DNA of 46,583 nucleotides, taken from assembly GCA_945867235.1 (NCBI GenBank), contig CAMBHS010000003.1, forward strand, positions 1 to 46,583, in the 5' to 3' direction. Within the stretch, counting starts at the first letter, position 1, and the number at the start of each line of letters is the position of its first letter. This stretch comes from Akkermansia muciniphila (GTDB lineage: Bacteria; Verrucomicrobiota; Verrucomicrobiia; Limisphaerales; SXQI01). Positions 20,215 to 31,000 of this stretch are shown here, piece by piece. A program made the position numbers and the translations under genes. Under the pieces are notes generated by a model that was not told the origin of the DNA, made no database searches, and was given only the letters and a program-made list of their open reading frames with translations.

Positions 20215-20640
20215 ATGTACTCGAACATTCTTGTTGCCCTTGAGAACACCCGCACTGACGCCTCATTAATTCCGCACATCGCACGGTTGGCGACCTTGCT
20301 GAAATCACGGTTGTTATTAATTCATGTCGCAGACGGTTGGGCAGCGCGGAATTTTGATCACCTCAAATTGACGGAGTCCGAGGAAATGATGAATGACCGC
20401 CAATACCTTGAAAGGATCGCTTCAGAATTGCGAACTCAAGGTTTGGAAGTTGATATTTCATTGGCGCGGGGTGAGCCGTCGAAACAAATTCTGTTAACCG
20501 CAGAACGGGAGGGTTGCGACCTGATTGCCATGACGACTCACGGTCATCGGTTTCTCGGGGATCTCATACACGGGAGCACGATCAGCGAGGTGCGACACCA
20601 ATCCCGCATTCCACTGCTGTTAGTCCGTGCTCTCCCTTGA
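20215..20640 (+). CDS. Universal stress protein (UspA family)
   Basis: YSNILVAL, LLLIHV, DLIAMTTHGH...GST...VRH...PLLLV. Confidence 0.9.
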   Translation: MYSNILVALENTRTDASLIPHIARLATLLKSRLLLIHVADGWAARNFDHLKLTESEEMMNDRQYLERIASELRTQGLEVDISLARGEPSKQILLTAEREGCDLIAMTTHGHRFLGDLIHGSTISEVRHQSRIPLLLVRALP

Positions 20641-20655
20641 CCGAAAGCATCGGGA

Positions 20656-22773
20656 CTATTCCAAGTTGAGGTTTCCCAAATACTCATCCAACGCGTGCTT
20701 TTGTTTCCCTTCCGTGTCCTTTAAACCAGATATTTCAATGCGAAACTCCTCTAAAGAGGTCTCTTGAGCATCGAGCTTTTTGACGTAACGAATGTGCAAT
20801 TCTGAATTATCCGTCAGTCGGGCCATGTTCTCACGGATGCGTATTTGTTCTTGAGAAATATCCACCACCTCCTTCTCCCGCCGCGTACGTAACGCCGTTG
20901 TGCGATCCAGTTCTCCACGCATTTTCATCACGTTCTGCAACGCTTGGAGTATTTTCGGGGTCGCCTTTTGACCTTTGATGATAATAGAAATAAAGTCATT
21001 GGGAGAATTATTTAACGCCGTAAGTTCATCGGTAAGCGTCTCCTCCTTGACCACCAATTTCTCAGTCTTTCCGGCTTCAACCACGACAGGAAACCGGTAA
21101 ACTTCCCGAGATCGTTCTGGCTTGTTCGTCGGCTCTAGGAGCACCCAATCACTGCGGTAAGGATGCTCGATTAAAACGGTTTTCTTTTTCTGGTCGCGGT
21201 TGCGAACTGTGTAGGTCATTTCTTGAACCATTTTCCGGGTCAGGACAATGGTGCCTTGCTTGATAATGATCTTGGTCACCTCCCCCATCTGAGGAGTAGA
21301 TCGTGGCTCCACCTCGGCGTGGAGGTCGATCCCGTAACTAATCAATCGATCCTGGCCGGGAGCCAAATCTTCGATCTTCGCATCGCCGGCATAGGTATTG
21401 GCGTCGAAAACAGTGACTGGACCCTGCATTAGATGCAAACCCGTGGTGTTCTTGAAGCGCAAACCATTCAATGGATACTTGGCCTGGACACGTGAATTGT
21501 AAATCGAGAGCTTGGTGCCCGTTACTGAATCGTTGATTATGGGAAGCATGGCCGATTTTTGCCGAACTAAACTTACTAACGATTTGATGCGGTATTGAAA
21601 AAGTTCACCTGCCTTTTCGCCATCGGCCGCCGCACTGACCCCTGAAAAAAACCAATCATTTAGACCTACTGTTTCTGCGAGTTTGCGTTCGCCTTTATCC
21701 AAGCTTTGAAATTCCAACGAATTTCCTGACTGTCGCCCCAGCCCCAACTGGTTAGCCCCACCGGCGAAGCGACTTGCATCCTTGCTACGAACCAACTGAT
21801 CCGCGGCACCCGGTTTACCGGCTATCAAGCTTTCGCTGTAAACTTGAGGTCGTAGTGAAAGGTAAAGTTCAGGCTCCACCACGGGACGGGACGTATAAAG
21901 GGGTTGATAAAGATCCATGGTGAAGGATATGGGACGTCCAGAAATGAGGGAGAGATCTACATTGTCCCAATCCTCATCAGAGGTATTTTCCACAATGGCC
22001 CATCCTTGTAAAAACGCTTTGTCATTATCCTCCAGAACCAAACGATAACTGGTTTTCCACACGGGGGTTTGTGCGATATACCCCACGCTGACATTGCGTT
22101 TTCCTTGACCATTGAACGTTATGCTGACGGTTTTTTTCTGGGTATCATGCCCCTTCGCAAGCACACCCAGAGCCTGCATCAACTCCGAGTTAATGCTCTC
22201 GTTCAAAAGTTTAATTTTTTGAACCTGCGAAAGTGCTACGGATTGCAAACCATCGGCTGTTACCAAATTCAAATGCTCCGTCTCCACCACTTTGTTCTCA
22301 CCCACTGTTTGCGTTTTTTTCTCCACCCCCAAGATCAAACCGGTAATCAGATTGGGCCAGTGAATTTCGGCCTGCTCTCCACGCATTTGATCAAGTAACT
22401 GACCCAGTGTCGGGTTCGATGTGAGGTCAATGCCAAAACTTTTCAGTGTCTTCGTGATAGGATCCCGCGATCCGTAGGTAACCGTTTGCACCTGCCCCCC
22501 GTCGAAGTCCTGTACCACCATGCTTTTCAAGAGATCGTTGATATCATCGACCTTGAATCGAAGTTCCACTTCCGCCTTTCCTTCCACCACGCCTTTGCGC
22601 TGAAAATACCCCACACCGCTGGAGTAAAGGGTCAACCGTGATAAGGGTAATTTTGAAGTCGTAACCGCCGGATCAGCGACTTTCTTCGGTTGTGCCGTTG
22701 TCGCCAAGTGTGCCAAAAACAAAGAGAAGAGAAACGCAAACCACCGTGAACCCGAAGCGCGTGTGAAATTCAT
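20656..22773 (-). CDS. DUF4139/DUF4140-like exported protein
   Basis: Signal peptide; LYSSGVGYF, DLLKS, WKTSYRL, WAIVENTSDEDWDNVDLSLISGRP. Start placed at ATG 22773 (MNFTR). Confidence 0.72.
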   Translation of the reverse strand: MNFTRASGSRWFAFLFSLFLAHLATTAQPKKVADPAVTTSKLPLSRLTLYSSGVGYFQRKGVVEGKAEVELRFKVDDINDLLKSMVVQDFDGGQVQTVTYGSRDPITKTLKSFGIDLTSNPTLGQLLDQMRGEQAEIHWPNLITGLILGVEKKTQTVGENKVVETEHLNLVTADGLQSVALSQVQKIKLLNESINSELMQALGVLAKGHDTQKKTVSITFNGQGKRNVSVGYIAQTPVWKTSYRLVLEDNDKAFLQGWAIVENTSDEDWDNVDLSLISGRPISFTMDLYQPLYTSRPVVEPELYLSLRPQVYSESLIAGKPGAADQLVRSKDASRFAGGANQLGLGRQSGNSLEFQSLDKGERKLAETVGLNDWFFSGVSAAADGEKAGELFQYRIKSLVSLVRQKSAMLPIINDSVTGTKLSIYNSRVQAKYPLNGLRFKNTTGLHLMQGPVTVFDANTYAGDAKIEDLAPGQDRLISYGIDLHAEVEPRSTPQMGEVTKIIIKQGTIVLTRKMVQEMTYTVRNRDQKKKTVLIEHPYRSDWVLLEPTNKPERSREVYRFPVVVEAGKTEKLVVKEETLTDELTALNNSPNDFISIIIKGQKATPKILQALQNVMKMRGELDRTTALRTRREKEVVDISQEQIRIRENMARLTDNSELHIRYVKKLDAQETSLEEFRIEISGLKDTEGKQKHALDEYLGNLNLE

Positions 22774-22937
22774 ATGTGTAGAACAATTTAGTCCAACGCA
22801 TTGGCTTTGTAAACCTCTGCGGATTTCCTTTAAAATTAATAAAAATGAAAGATTTTGATCGAAAGCCATTCACACTAATAAATTCCGGCTGACGAAGGAA
22901 ATAATCCCAATTACTATGTGGGAAGGATCGATCCGTT

Positions 22938-23285
22938 ATGCTAGAGAACAAAAAAGGAAAAGAGTCTCCACCTACGAAAGTCGCAAAGCTGGGTTTAGTT
23001 CTGGTCGCCAAAACAACAAGTCGCAATTTTACCCATTTGTTGCGGATTGCTGATTCGGCACTCGATAAACCCGTGGAGGTGTATGTGTATTTGCTCCATG
23101 AAGGGGTTCGTGGAGCCGATCACAAAGCTTGGAATAAAATGGTCGATCGTGGCTTGAAGCTTTTTGCGTGTGCTTATTCCGCCCGACAGCGAAATGTTCC
23201 TCTGTGTGAACCGGCGACATGGGTTGGACTCACTCTGTTAAATGATCTGCTCGTGGAATGCGATCGAGTCTTAACCTTTCCGTAA
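22938..23285 (+). CDS. DsrE/DsrF-like (TusD-type) small protein
   Basis: VYVYLLHEGV and LFACAYSA motifs, C-terminal LLVECDRVLTF. Confidence 0.65.
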   Translation: MLENKKGKESPPTKVAKLGLVLVAKTTSRNFTHLLRIADSALDKPVEVYVYLLHEGVRGADHKAWNKMVDRGLKLFACAYSARQRNVPLCEPATWVGLTLLNDLLVECDRVLTFP

Positions 23286-23304
23286 TTAGCCCATTTTTAT
23301 TGGG

Positions 23305-24195
23305 TCAACCCACCCATGCACGAAGGTTAGGGTAATGACTTTGGAGATGTGGTAGAAAAGATGAACCGCGAACCAGCAAGGCGGTCGAAAGCGCATCCGT
23401 TATCGTGGCGGAAGAATGCATAACAGCCGCAAATTGTGCTGCCTCTGTGGGTTCACCTGTATGAGGATCGATAACATGTCCAAAGGTTTTGCCTTCCTGA
23501 GTAAACGACTTCCCCCAGCAAGCGGAGAATGAAAGTGCAGATTCGTGTAGTTCGACAGTTTTAATCTCTCGTGGTGAACACCCAGTCGGTGCTGGAAGCG
23601 CAACTTTCCAAATCTGGTCGTCTATCCCGTGCCCCATCGCAATCACCGTGCTCGTGCCACCGTGAAGAAGAGCTGAATGGATTTCATGGTCGTGAAGAAT
23701 CCCTGCCGCACAATCAATGGCATAACCTTTACCAATGGACCCCAAATCAATCTGAACTGATGGGTGGGTGAATCGCACCGTTTGGTTTTCCTCGTTGAAC
23801 AATAAATGGTGACAACCCACCTGCGATTTGGCTTCGGAGAGTTGGTCTGCGGAAGGGATGCGACTTGCCCCGCCTGAAAAACCCCAGATACGAAGCAACG
23901 GTGCCACGGTGATGTCAAAGGCTCCAAGAGTCTGGGCGGAAAGTTGGACAGCCAATTGAAGGAGACGAAAAACCTCCAGATTGACACGGACAGGCCGCAC
24001 GCCCGCCTCGCGATTGAGGGCACAGATCTCACTGGTGGGGCGGTAATAACTGAGTTGCCCTTCGATGCGTTCGATTTCATCGAGTGCTTCCTCGGCAGCA
24101 GCCTGCAAGCCCGGCGTGACTTTCCCAGGAAGGACAAGTTCAAACCGAGTCGCCATGGCATTCCGAGCGGCTTTTAATGAGGTTTCAGTTTCCAC
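23305..24195 (-). CDS. apbE: FAD:protein FMN transferase (ApbE family)
   Basis: AMATRF, SEICALN, GAFDITV, DLGSIGKGYAID, HVIDPHTG, DALSTA. No N-terminal signal or lipobox. Confidence 0.9.
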   Translation of the reverse strand: METETSLKAARNAMATRFELVLPGKVTPGLQAAAEEALDEIERIEGQLSYYRPTSEICALNREAGVRPVRVNLEVFRLLQLAVQLSAQTLGAFDITVAPLLRIWGFSGGASRIPSADQLSEAKSQVGCHHLLFNEENQTVRFTHPSVQIDLGSIGKGYAIDCAAGILHDHEIHSALLHGGTSTVIAMGHGIDDQIWKVALPAPTGCSPREIKTVELHESALSFSACWGKSFTQEGKTFGHVIDPHTGEPTEAAQFAAVMHSSATITDALSTALLVRGSSFLPHLQSHYPNLRAWVG

Positions 24196-24229
24196 ACATA
24201 GATCAAAGTCGCTCAGAAACTAGGGAATC

Positions 24230-24262
24230 AAAAGAAAAAGGTCCAAGTTTGCACCCGGACCC
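24230..24262 (-). terminator. Intrinsic terminator after the Gfo/Idh/MocA gene
   Basis: Minus-strand RNA GGGUCCGGGU-GCAA-ACUUGGACCU forms a 10-bp stem (with G-U pairs) and a GNRA tetraloop, followed by UUUUCUUUU. Confidence 0.75.
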
Positions 24263-24285
24263 TATCGAAAGAAACAGGCTAAGGA

Positions 24286-25674
24286 CTATGAAAGATCGGT
24301 CCAGCCGTAGGAGATGGGTTTCAACTCGGTGACGGGCATAACCTTGCCGTCGCCGGTGGTGATTTTGCGTGTCTTTGGATCGAATTTGCAAGCCACTCCA
24401 AGGCGTTCGGACATTTCTCCCAGCGAGATAACTGTCTGCACCTTTGTGGCCAAATCGATATTGCCATTAGGAGACTTGCCGTCACGGATACAATCGAACC
24501 AGTTCTTTTCATGAACGGCAACAGATTCACCTGGCTTGATTCCGGGGATGGTTTCCGGTTCGACTTCTTCGGCAAATTGCCGTTCTGGTTTGAGTTCGAC
24601 GCGGTTGCCAGACATGTAAAGCGTTCCTTTATGTCCATTAATCTGCTCGATCAGACCCGATTCACAAACCGTGCTGGAAATCATGACCAAAGTCAGGCCA
24701 CTAGGAAATTCAGCCAATAATTCGACATGTTCTGGCACGTCGCGTTCGGGAGTCCCAGGAGTGTTTTTGTCGCTGTGAACGCGTTTTGTGGCGATGCTTA
24801 CGACGCGTGTAGGATATTCAGGATTGCCTGAAGCGAGCATATAAGGATGCAATCGGTGAGGGAAAAGATCACCCAGCAACCCACCGCAATAGGGGTAATA
24901 TTTGCGCCAACGGAAATAATGATCGGGATTGAATGGGATTTTTTTGCTAACCGGTCCCAACCAATTTTGCCAATTCAAATTTTCGGCTTTGGCATTGGGG
25001 TCGATATTGTAATTCCATTCCCCCTTGGGGTTATTACGAGGGTAGGAACCTTGAGCCATAACCAACTGCCCAATTTTGCCAGCCTTGATCAACTCGGCGG
25101 CTTTGTGCCACTTCGCATCCGAGCAACCCTGTGAGCCAACCTGGAAAACGATTTTGCTATTCTTGACGGCGTCGTGAATTTGAAAGGCTTCCCCGAGATA
25201 CCGCGTCATGGGTTTCTCGACGTAAATGTGTTTGCCTGCTTGGATGGCATCCAACGAACATTTGGTGTGCCAATGATCCACTGTAGCAATGGTGACAGCG
25301 TCAATATCCTTACGTTCCAATAATTTCCGATAGTCGTTGAAACCTTGGCAATTGGCTCCGATATAGGTTTTCGCCGAGTCGATTCGGTTTTGCCAGACAT
25401 CGCAGGCAGCGACGAGTTCGACATTATTGGCAGCGGCATCTTCCTTCTGCGAACGGACGTGGGACATACCTTGTCCTCCCACGCCGATGAATCCGACTAC
25501 GATGCGTGAATTCGCGCCGATGACTCGCCCTAGCGAAGGGGCTTGGTTTTGCCCATAAACCGGGGTTTTAAAAATGTTTATGGCGGCCACGGCGGCAGCC
25601 GCAGTCGTGGTCTGTTTGATAAAATTCCGACGGGAGTTCGGGTCGGAAACTTTTGGGCTCTGGTTTTTTTGCAT
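24286..25674 (-). CDS. Tat-exported Gfo/Idh/MocA family oxidoreductase
   Basis: SRRNFIK twin-arginine signal, GFIGVGGQG, ACDV, IATVDHWH, HIYVEKP, QVGSQ. Confidence 0.92.
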   Translation of the reverse strand: MQKNQSPKVSDPNSRRNFIKQTTTAAAAVAAINIFKTPVYGQNQAPSLGRVIGANSRIVVGFIGVGGQGMSHVRSQKEDAAANNVELVAACDVWQNRIDSAKTYIGANCQGFNDYRKLLERKDIDAVTIATVDHWHTKCSLDAIQAGKHIYVEKPMTRYLGEAFQIHDAVKNSKIVFQVGSQGCSDAKWHKAAELIKAGKIGQLVMAQGSYPRNNPKGEWNYNIDPNAKAENLNWQNWLGPVSKKIPFNPDHYFRWRKYYPYCGGLLGDLFPHRLHPYMLASGNPEYPTRVVSIATKRVHSDKNTPGTPERDVPEHVELLAEFPSGLTLVMISSTVCESGLIEQINGHKGTLYMSGNRVELKPERQFAEEVEPETIPGIKPGESVAVHEKNWFDCIRDGKSPNGNIDLATKVQTVISLGEMSERLGVACKFDPKTRKITTGDGKVMPVTELKPISYGWTDLS

Positions 25675-25877
25675 AAAACTCTAAGATTTATTGGGTAACG
25701 CTTGCAGGATAATCAAATTGCAATAAGGGTCAATCCCCAACCGACACCCGCAACGCGTTATTGCGAGGCAAGTATCAGCAGCTCTATTTGACTCCGCAAG
25801 ACACCTAAACATTCAGAGCGAATTTCTACGAATACCGAGACTGCCTCGCATGAAATTTCTCGCCCAGTAGGGTCGAA

Positions 25878-27956
25878 TTGATGAGGATGGGGGTAGCAAT
25901 ATTAAACTTCATGACACCTGACGAAGCCCAGCATCGCCATAACCAAATCGCCGACCGAATCAGGATGCATGACGAGGCTTACTACATTCACGATCGACCG
26001 ACGATTTCGGATCAAGAATACGACCAACTGTATCGTGAATTGCTTGATTTGGAAAAAGTGTTTTCCAATTTGGCTGGCATCGATTCACCCAGTCAACGGG
26101 TGGGGGGAGCCCCTTTAAGTTCGTTCGATTCCGTAAGACACCGAACACCACTTCTCAGTTTGGACAACACCTACTCGCACAATGAAGTTGGGCAGTTTAC
26201 AGCGCGGTTGCAACGACTATTGCCTAACGAAAAGTTAGATTGGATTGTCGAACCTAAAGTGGATGGATTAGCGATAAACCTCCGTTATGAAAATGGCAGG
26301 TTGTCGGTTGGCGCAACTCGGGGAGACGGGGTTGAGGGGGACAACATCACAGCCAATCTCAAAACGATACGCGGCCTTCCACTACAAATAAAAACTCCAC
26401 TTCACGGGAGTGTTCCAAAATGTTTTGAAGTCAGAGGTGAAGTTTTTTTGCGAAAAAAAGCATTCGCCAAACTCAACTTAGACCGTCTGGCTTCAGGTGA
26501 AGAGGCATTTGCCAACGCTCGGAATGCTGCCTCTGGTTCGCTCAAACAACTGGATCCTCGCGAGGTGGCGAAAAGACATCTCGATCTGATCATTTACGGT
26601 CTTGGTTTCATCGAGACCGAGGGCGAGCCTCCTTTTAGAACACATGCCGAGGCCTTGCGTTGGTTGACCGCGTTAGGATTCAAAACTCCCGAACGCACCT
26701 GGGCATGCCAAGAACCCGAGGAAATAATATCGGCACTGAACGCACTCGACCAAATCAGAAAATCTTTCGATTACGAAACAGACGGAGCCGTGATTAAGCT
26801 TAATCATCTAGGCTTGCGTGAACGAGCTGGCTTCACCTCAAAAGCACCCCGCTGGGCGATGGCGTATAAGTATGCTGAGGAAAAAGCGGAAACCAAACTC
26901 ATTGGGATCACAATCCAGGTAGGAAGAACCGGAGCCTTGACGCCGGTGGCTGAATTGCAACCAGTCCTGCTCTCCGGCAGCACCATCAGTCGAGCGACAC
27001 TTCATAACGAGGACGAGTTAAGGCGCAAGGATATCAGGATTGGCGACACTGTGATTATTAAAAAAGCGGGCGAAGTGATCCCCGCCGTAGTAGGTGTTGT
27101 TATTGAAAAACGAACAGGGAGCGAAACCCTGTTTGAATTTCCAAATGCTTGCCCCGAATGTCAGGGATCTATCGAACGGACGCAAACCCCAGATGGGACT
27201 GGAGTCGTTTGGCGATGTAAGAATCTGGAATGCCCCGCACAAGTCCGAGCACGTTTTGAGCATTGGTGCTGCCGAGGGGCAATGGACATCGAAGGGGGCG
27301 GTGAAGTTTTGGCAAAACAATTGGTAGCCCATCAAGTGGCTCGCGACGTTTCTGATCTTTATCAAATTTCATTGCCTCAGCTCGCAGGACTGGAGCGCAT
27401 GGGAGAAAAGTCGGCTGGGACCTTTCTTGAAGGATTGGAGGCCAGTAAAACCCGTGATCTCTGGCGGTTGCTTTTTGCGCTGGGTATTTTGCATGTAGGA
27501 ACCAGAACTGCCAAATCATTAGGTCTCCATTTTTCAACCCTTGACGATCTCGCTTTAGCTTCGGTTGAGCACTTAGAAAAGTTGGATGATATTGGAACGG
27601 TGATCGCCGAAAGTTTGACAAAATGGTTCTCGGATGAACGAAATCAAGCCTTGATCGAACGATTGCGTCTAGCCGGTTTGAATTTTTCCTCTGAACTTTT
27701 CCGATCGGAAATTACGGGGAAGGCGAGACCCTTGGATGGAATGACCTTTGTCCTGACGGGGTCTCTTCCCACCTTGACGCGTGAGGAGGCGACGGCTCAA
27801 ATCGAATCCGCCGGCGGCAAAGTAAATACAAGTGTGAGTAAAAAAACAACCTATGTCCTCGCTGGCAAGGAAGCTGGGTCGAAACTGGATAAAGCGCAGA
27901 AACTGGGCGTAAAAATAATCGACGAACCAAGTTTCTTAAAGCTCATGGGTGAATAA
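25878..27956 (+). CDS. ligA: NAD-dependent DNA ligase
   Basis: EPKVDG (adenylated Lys), ATRGDG, EVRGEV, TDGAVIK, PRWAMAYK, Zn finger CPEC...C...C, HhH repeats, BRCT (SVSKKT). The true start may be 25911. Confidence 0.97.
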   Translation: MMRMGVAILNFMTPDEAQHRHNQIADRIRMHDEAYYIHDRPTISDQEYDQLYRELLDLEKVFSNLAGIDSPSQRVGGAPLSSFDSVRHRTPLLSLDNTYSHNEVGQFTARLQRLLPNEKLDWIVEPKVDGLAINLRYENGRLSVGATRGDGVEGDNITANLKTIRGLPLQIKTPLHGSVPKCFEVRGEVFLRKKAFAKLNLDRLASGEEAFANARNAASGSLKQLDPREVAKRHLDLIIYGLGFIETEGEPPFRTHAEALRWLTALGFKTPERTWACQEPEEIISALNALDQIRKSFDYETDGAVIKLNHLGLRERAGFTSKAPRWAMAYKYAEEKAETKLIGITIQVGRTGALTPVAELQPVLLSGSTISRATLHNEDELRRKDIRIGDTVIIKKAGEVIPAVVGVVIEKRTGSETLFEFPNACPECQGSIERTQTPDGTGVVWRCKNLECPAQVRARFEHWCCRGAMDIEGGGEVLAKQLVAHQVARDVSDLYQISLPQLAGLERMGEKSAGTFLEGLEASKTRDLWRLLFALGILHVGTRTAKSLGLHFSTLDDLALASVEHLEKLDDIGTVIAESLTKWFSDERNQALIERLRLAGLNFSSELFRSEITGKARPLDGMTFVLTGSLPTLTREEATAQIESAGGKVNTSVSKKTTYVLAGKEAGSKLDKAQKLGVKIIDEPSFLKLMGE

Positions 27957-28021
27957 ATGGTTCCTGTGAATAACGAGAGCATGGAAATGACGAGTGGCGT
28001 TTTTCAGACTGCTAACAATCA

Positions 28022-31000
28022 ATGGCAGAAACTTTTTTCATGAGTTCCACGATGCCAATTTCGGTCATTTTTAATCTGACTGAACGGATTAGACTTATGC
28101 TCCGCGTGTTTCTTCGTGGATTGTGTTTGGGTTCCTTTTTTTTAACCCATGGCATGGTGGCTGAAGGAGTAGCAAAACCACTGGGTGGGGCGATACATGG
28201 CAACGAGGTTCTTGTCAGGATGCACACATCCTCCCGCACCGCACAAAGCCTGACTCCCTCGTTTCCCGGTGCTATATCCGCTCGCCGGTTGTTATCAGGG
28301 ACGGTTGCAAATCTAAATGCGGCCGCAGATCAAGATCAATTGCGACACGAGTTGTATCTCCTGCAACTGAGACCGGGTCTGGATGCAAGATCCGTCGCGG
28401 CCGAACTCGCTCGCCGCTCGGATGTCGTCTATGCGGAACCCAATCTACGGATACAACTCGACACTCTAACTGATGGGATGAGTCGAAAGATCCCTAATGA
28501 TTTTGATTTCAGTGCCCAACTTTCATTGCAAAATACAAATTATTATTTTGGCAAACTGGGGGCGGACATTGCTGCCCCTCAGGCCTGGATGTTTGCAACG
28601 GGAAGTCGCGATGTTCGCGTGGCGGTGATTGATACTGGGATCGATTATTTGCATCCCGATCTGGCGGCGAATATCTGGATCAATCGAAAGGAAATCCCCG
28701 GCAATGGTTTGGACGATGACGGGAATGGGCATGTGGACGATGTGCATGGTTACGATTTTGTTTCGCATGACAGCGATCCAATGGACGATCACTTTCACGG
28801 CACTCATGTCAGCGGCATTATCGGAGCTGTGGGAAACAACGGCATCGGCATATCGGGTGTTTGCTGGGAAGTCTCGATGATGGCGGTGAAAGCCTTCGAT
28901 GAAACAGGAAGCGGCAATGTCGCGAATGCCATCGAGGCCATCGATTACGCCCGAAAAAACGGGGCACAGATCATCAACGCCAGTTGGGGATTGGACGAAA
29001 AAAGCCGAGCCTTGGAGGATGCTATTCAAGAGGCACGCGCTGCGGGGGTGATTGTGGTGGCGGCTGCGGGCAACAGTCACACCTCCAACCTGCGCTATCC
29101 TGCAGCCCTCGCAGGAGTCATCGCCGTCGCGTCCGTCAGTCCGATGAACGAGAAATCTTTTTTTTCAAATTTCGGCACGAATGTATTTGTCGCTGCACCT
29201 GGGCAGGACATTTTTTCGACGACTCTCAATGGCGGATACCAAAGCTTTAGCGGCACCTCGATGTCCACACCGCATGTCTCAGGCGTCGCGGCTTTGGTTC
29301 TTTCCCTCCATCCTGATTTTACAAGGTCGGATCTTGAGAACATCCTCAGGAATAGTGTCGATCCCGTTGCGCCCGAAAGTGGAATTGGAGGTCGCATCAA
29401 TACGACGCTTGCGGTGGCAGCTCACCCCACGGCTCCCCCCATTCCTCATTTGGAATTACCTTCGACCATGGTTGGTTCAATCATCATCCACATGGGTGCC
29501 GCCGTCTCAAAACCATTTCAGGGAGTTCTCGAAGTGGGCTCAGGGCTTAATCCCAACCAATGGGAAACCCTCACCAATATCGGATTAACTTCGGTAAATC
29601 TATCCCACTCAGTCACCGTGGATTCGACACGGCTCATGGAAGGCACGAACACCTTCCGTCTGAGTCTAAGCTCCCCATTAACAAACGGCCTCATTCAAAC
29701 AGTGTCCACAAAAGCCACGTCCACAATTGCGAATACAACAATTCTTTCACCACAGAATTCTGATATCCTTCGACATGGTGAAGTGATTCAAATACTAGGA
29801 ACGGCTTTTGGTGCCGAAGCCCAGGTTACACTTGAGGTCGGCGAAGGGATCGTGCCGACACATTGGTCCACTCAAGGGATCACATTTCATCCCCGTGGAA
29901 AGGAAGGTTGGATCAACGCCCCACTGGCACAATGGGACACTTCAACATTGGCTGCTGACCGCTATTATTCCTTGCGATTGACGAGTTTTAATTCAAGAGT
30001 CGGAACCAGCCAAACCAACCCTGTCGCACTCCTTTTTCTCGATTCCCTCTTGAAGAAAGGATGGCCCCAGGCCGTGAACGTGCGCGGAACAGTTTCCGAT
30101 GAGGACTGGCGCACGCTCCAAGTGGCAGATTTGGACAGCGACGGACGAAAAGAAATCATTCTTGTCACCAACGGCTCGGATCAACCGCCGCGCCTCATGG
30201 TGTTGCAAGCCGATGGTTCACAGCTGTGGGAGCGGGAGTTGCCTCCGGATGGTTATGGGGCAGACACTCCGGTTGTGGGTGATTTGGATGGTGATAAAAA
30301 ACCTGAAATCATCGTTGAATCTGGATCGTCACTTTTCGCGTTTCATGGCGACGGCAGTTCCGTGGCCGGATCTTGGCCCATCAGAATTGAACTGGGCCGC
30401 ACGGGAAAAGTCATCGCCCCACTCCGCGAGGATGGCACCAATTTTTTGATCACTCTCTCGAACATGGCTGCAAATCGCCAGAATCAGGATGTGGCGGATG
30501 TGTGCGTTTATAATGGAGCCGGACAGCGTCTGCGATCTTGGGAGGTTCCCATCTGTTTTGGCACAAATAATGTGATGAGGCAATCCCCGGCGGTCGCGGA
30601 TCTATTACCTGAAATTCAAGGACTGGAAATCATCGTTCCCGGGGGTTGCGGAGGGTTGTCCTGCTATAACTTTGATTCGAGTCCGAATCTGGTTTGGAAT
30701 TCGTTGACCCCTGCTACCTTCCTGATTTCGCCGGTGGTTGGCGATTTGGATGGTGACGGATCCTTGGAGATCGTTATCGGTTCTGTCAAAACGGATGCTC
30801 CTGCTTCTGGGGGACTTTATGTTTTCGATGCTCAAGGGAAAAAATGGCCATTTTACCCCATCTTGCGAGACGAATCCTTCGAGACCCCATTGGCATTGGG
30901 AGATGTCCTCGGCGATGGTCGCCTCTGTATCGCGGCGGTTGGGAGTGCCTCACGCCGGATTCATTTGATCGAGTCGGATGGTTTCGAAGTGCCGGGTTGG

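Noticed and set aside
23643-24161. 172-aa alternative-frame ORF inside apbE (likewise 10493-11035 and 28523-29080 antisense ORFs)
   Set aside because: Fully nested in confidently assigned genes, with no protein-like motifs.
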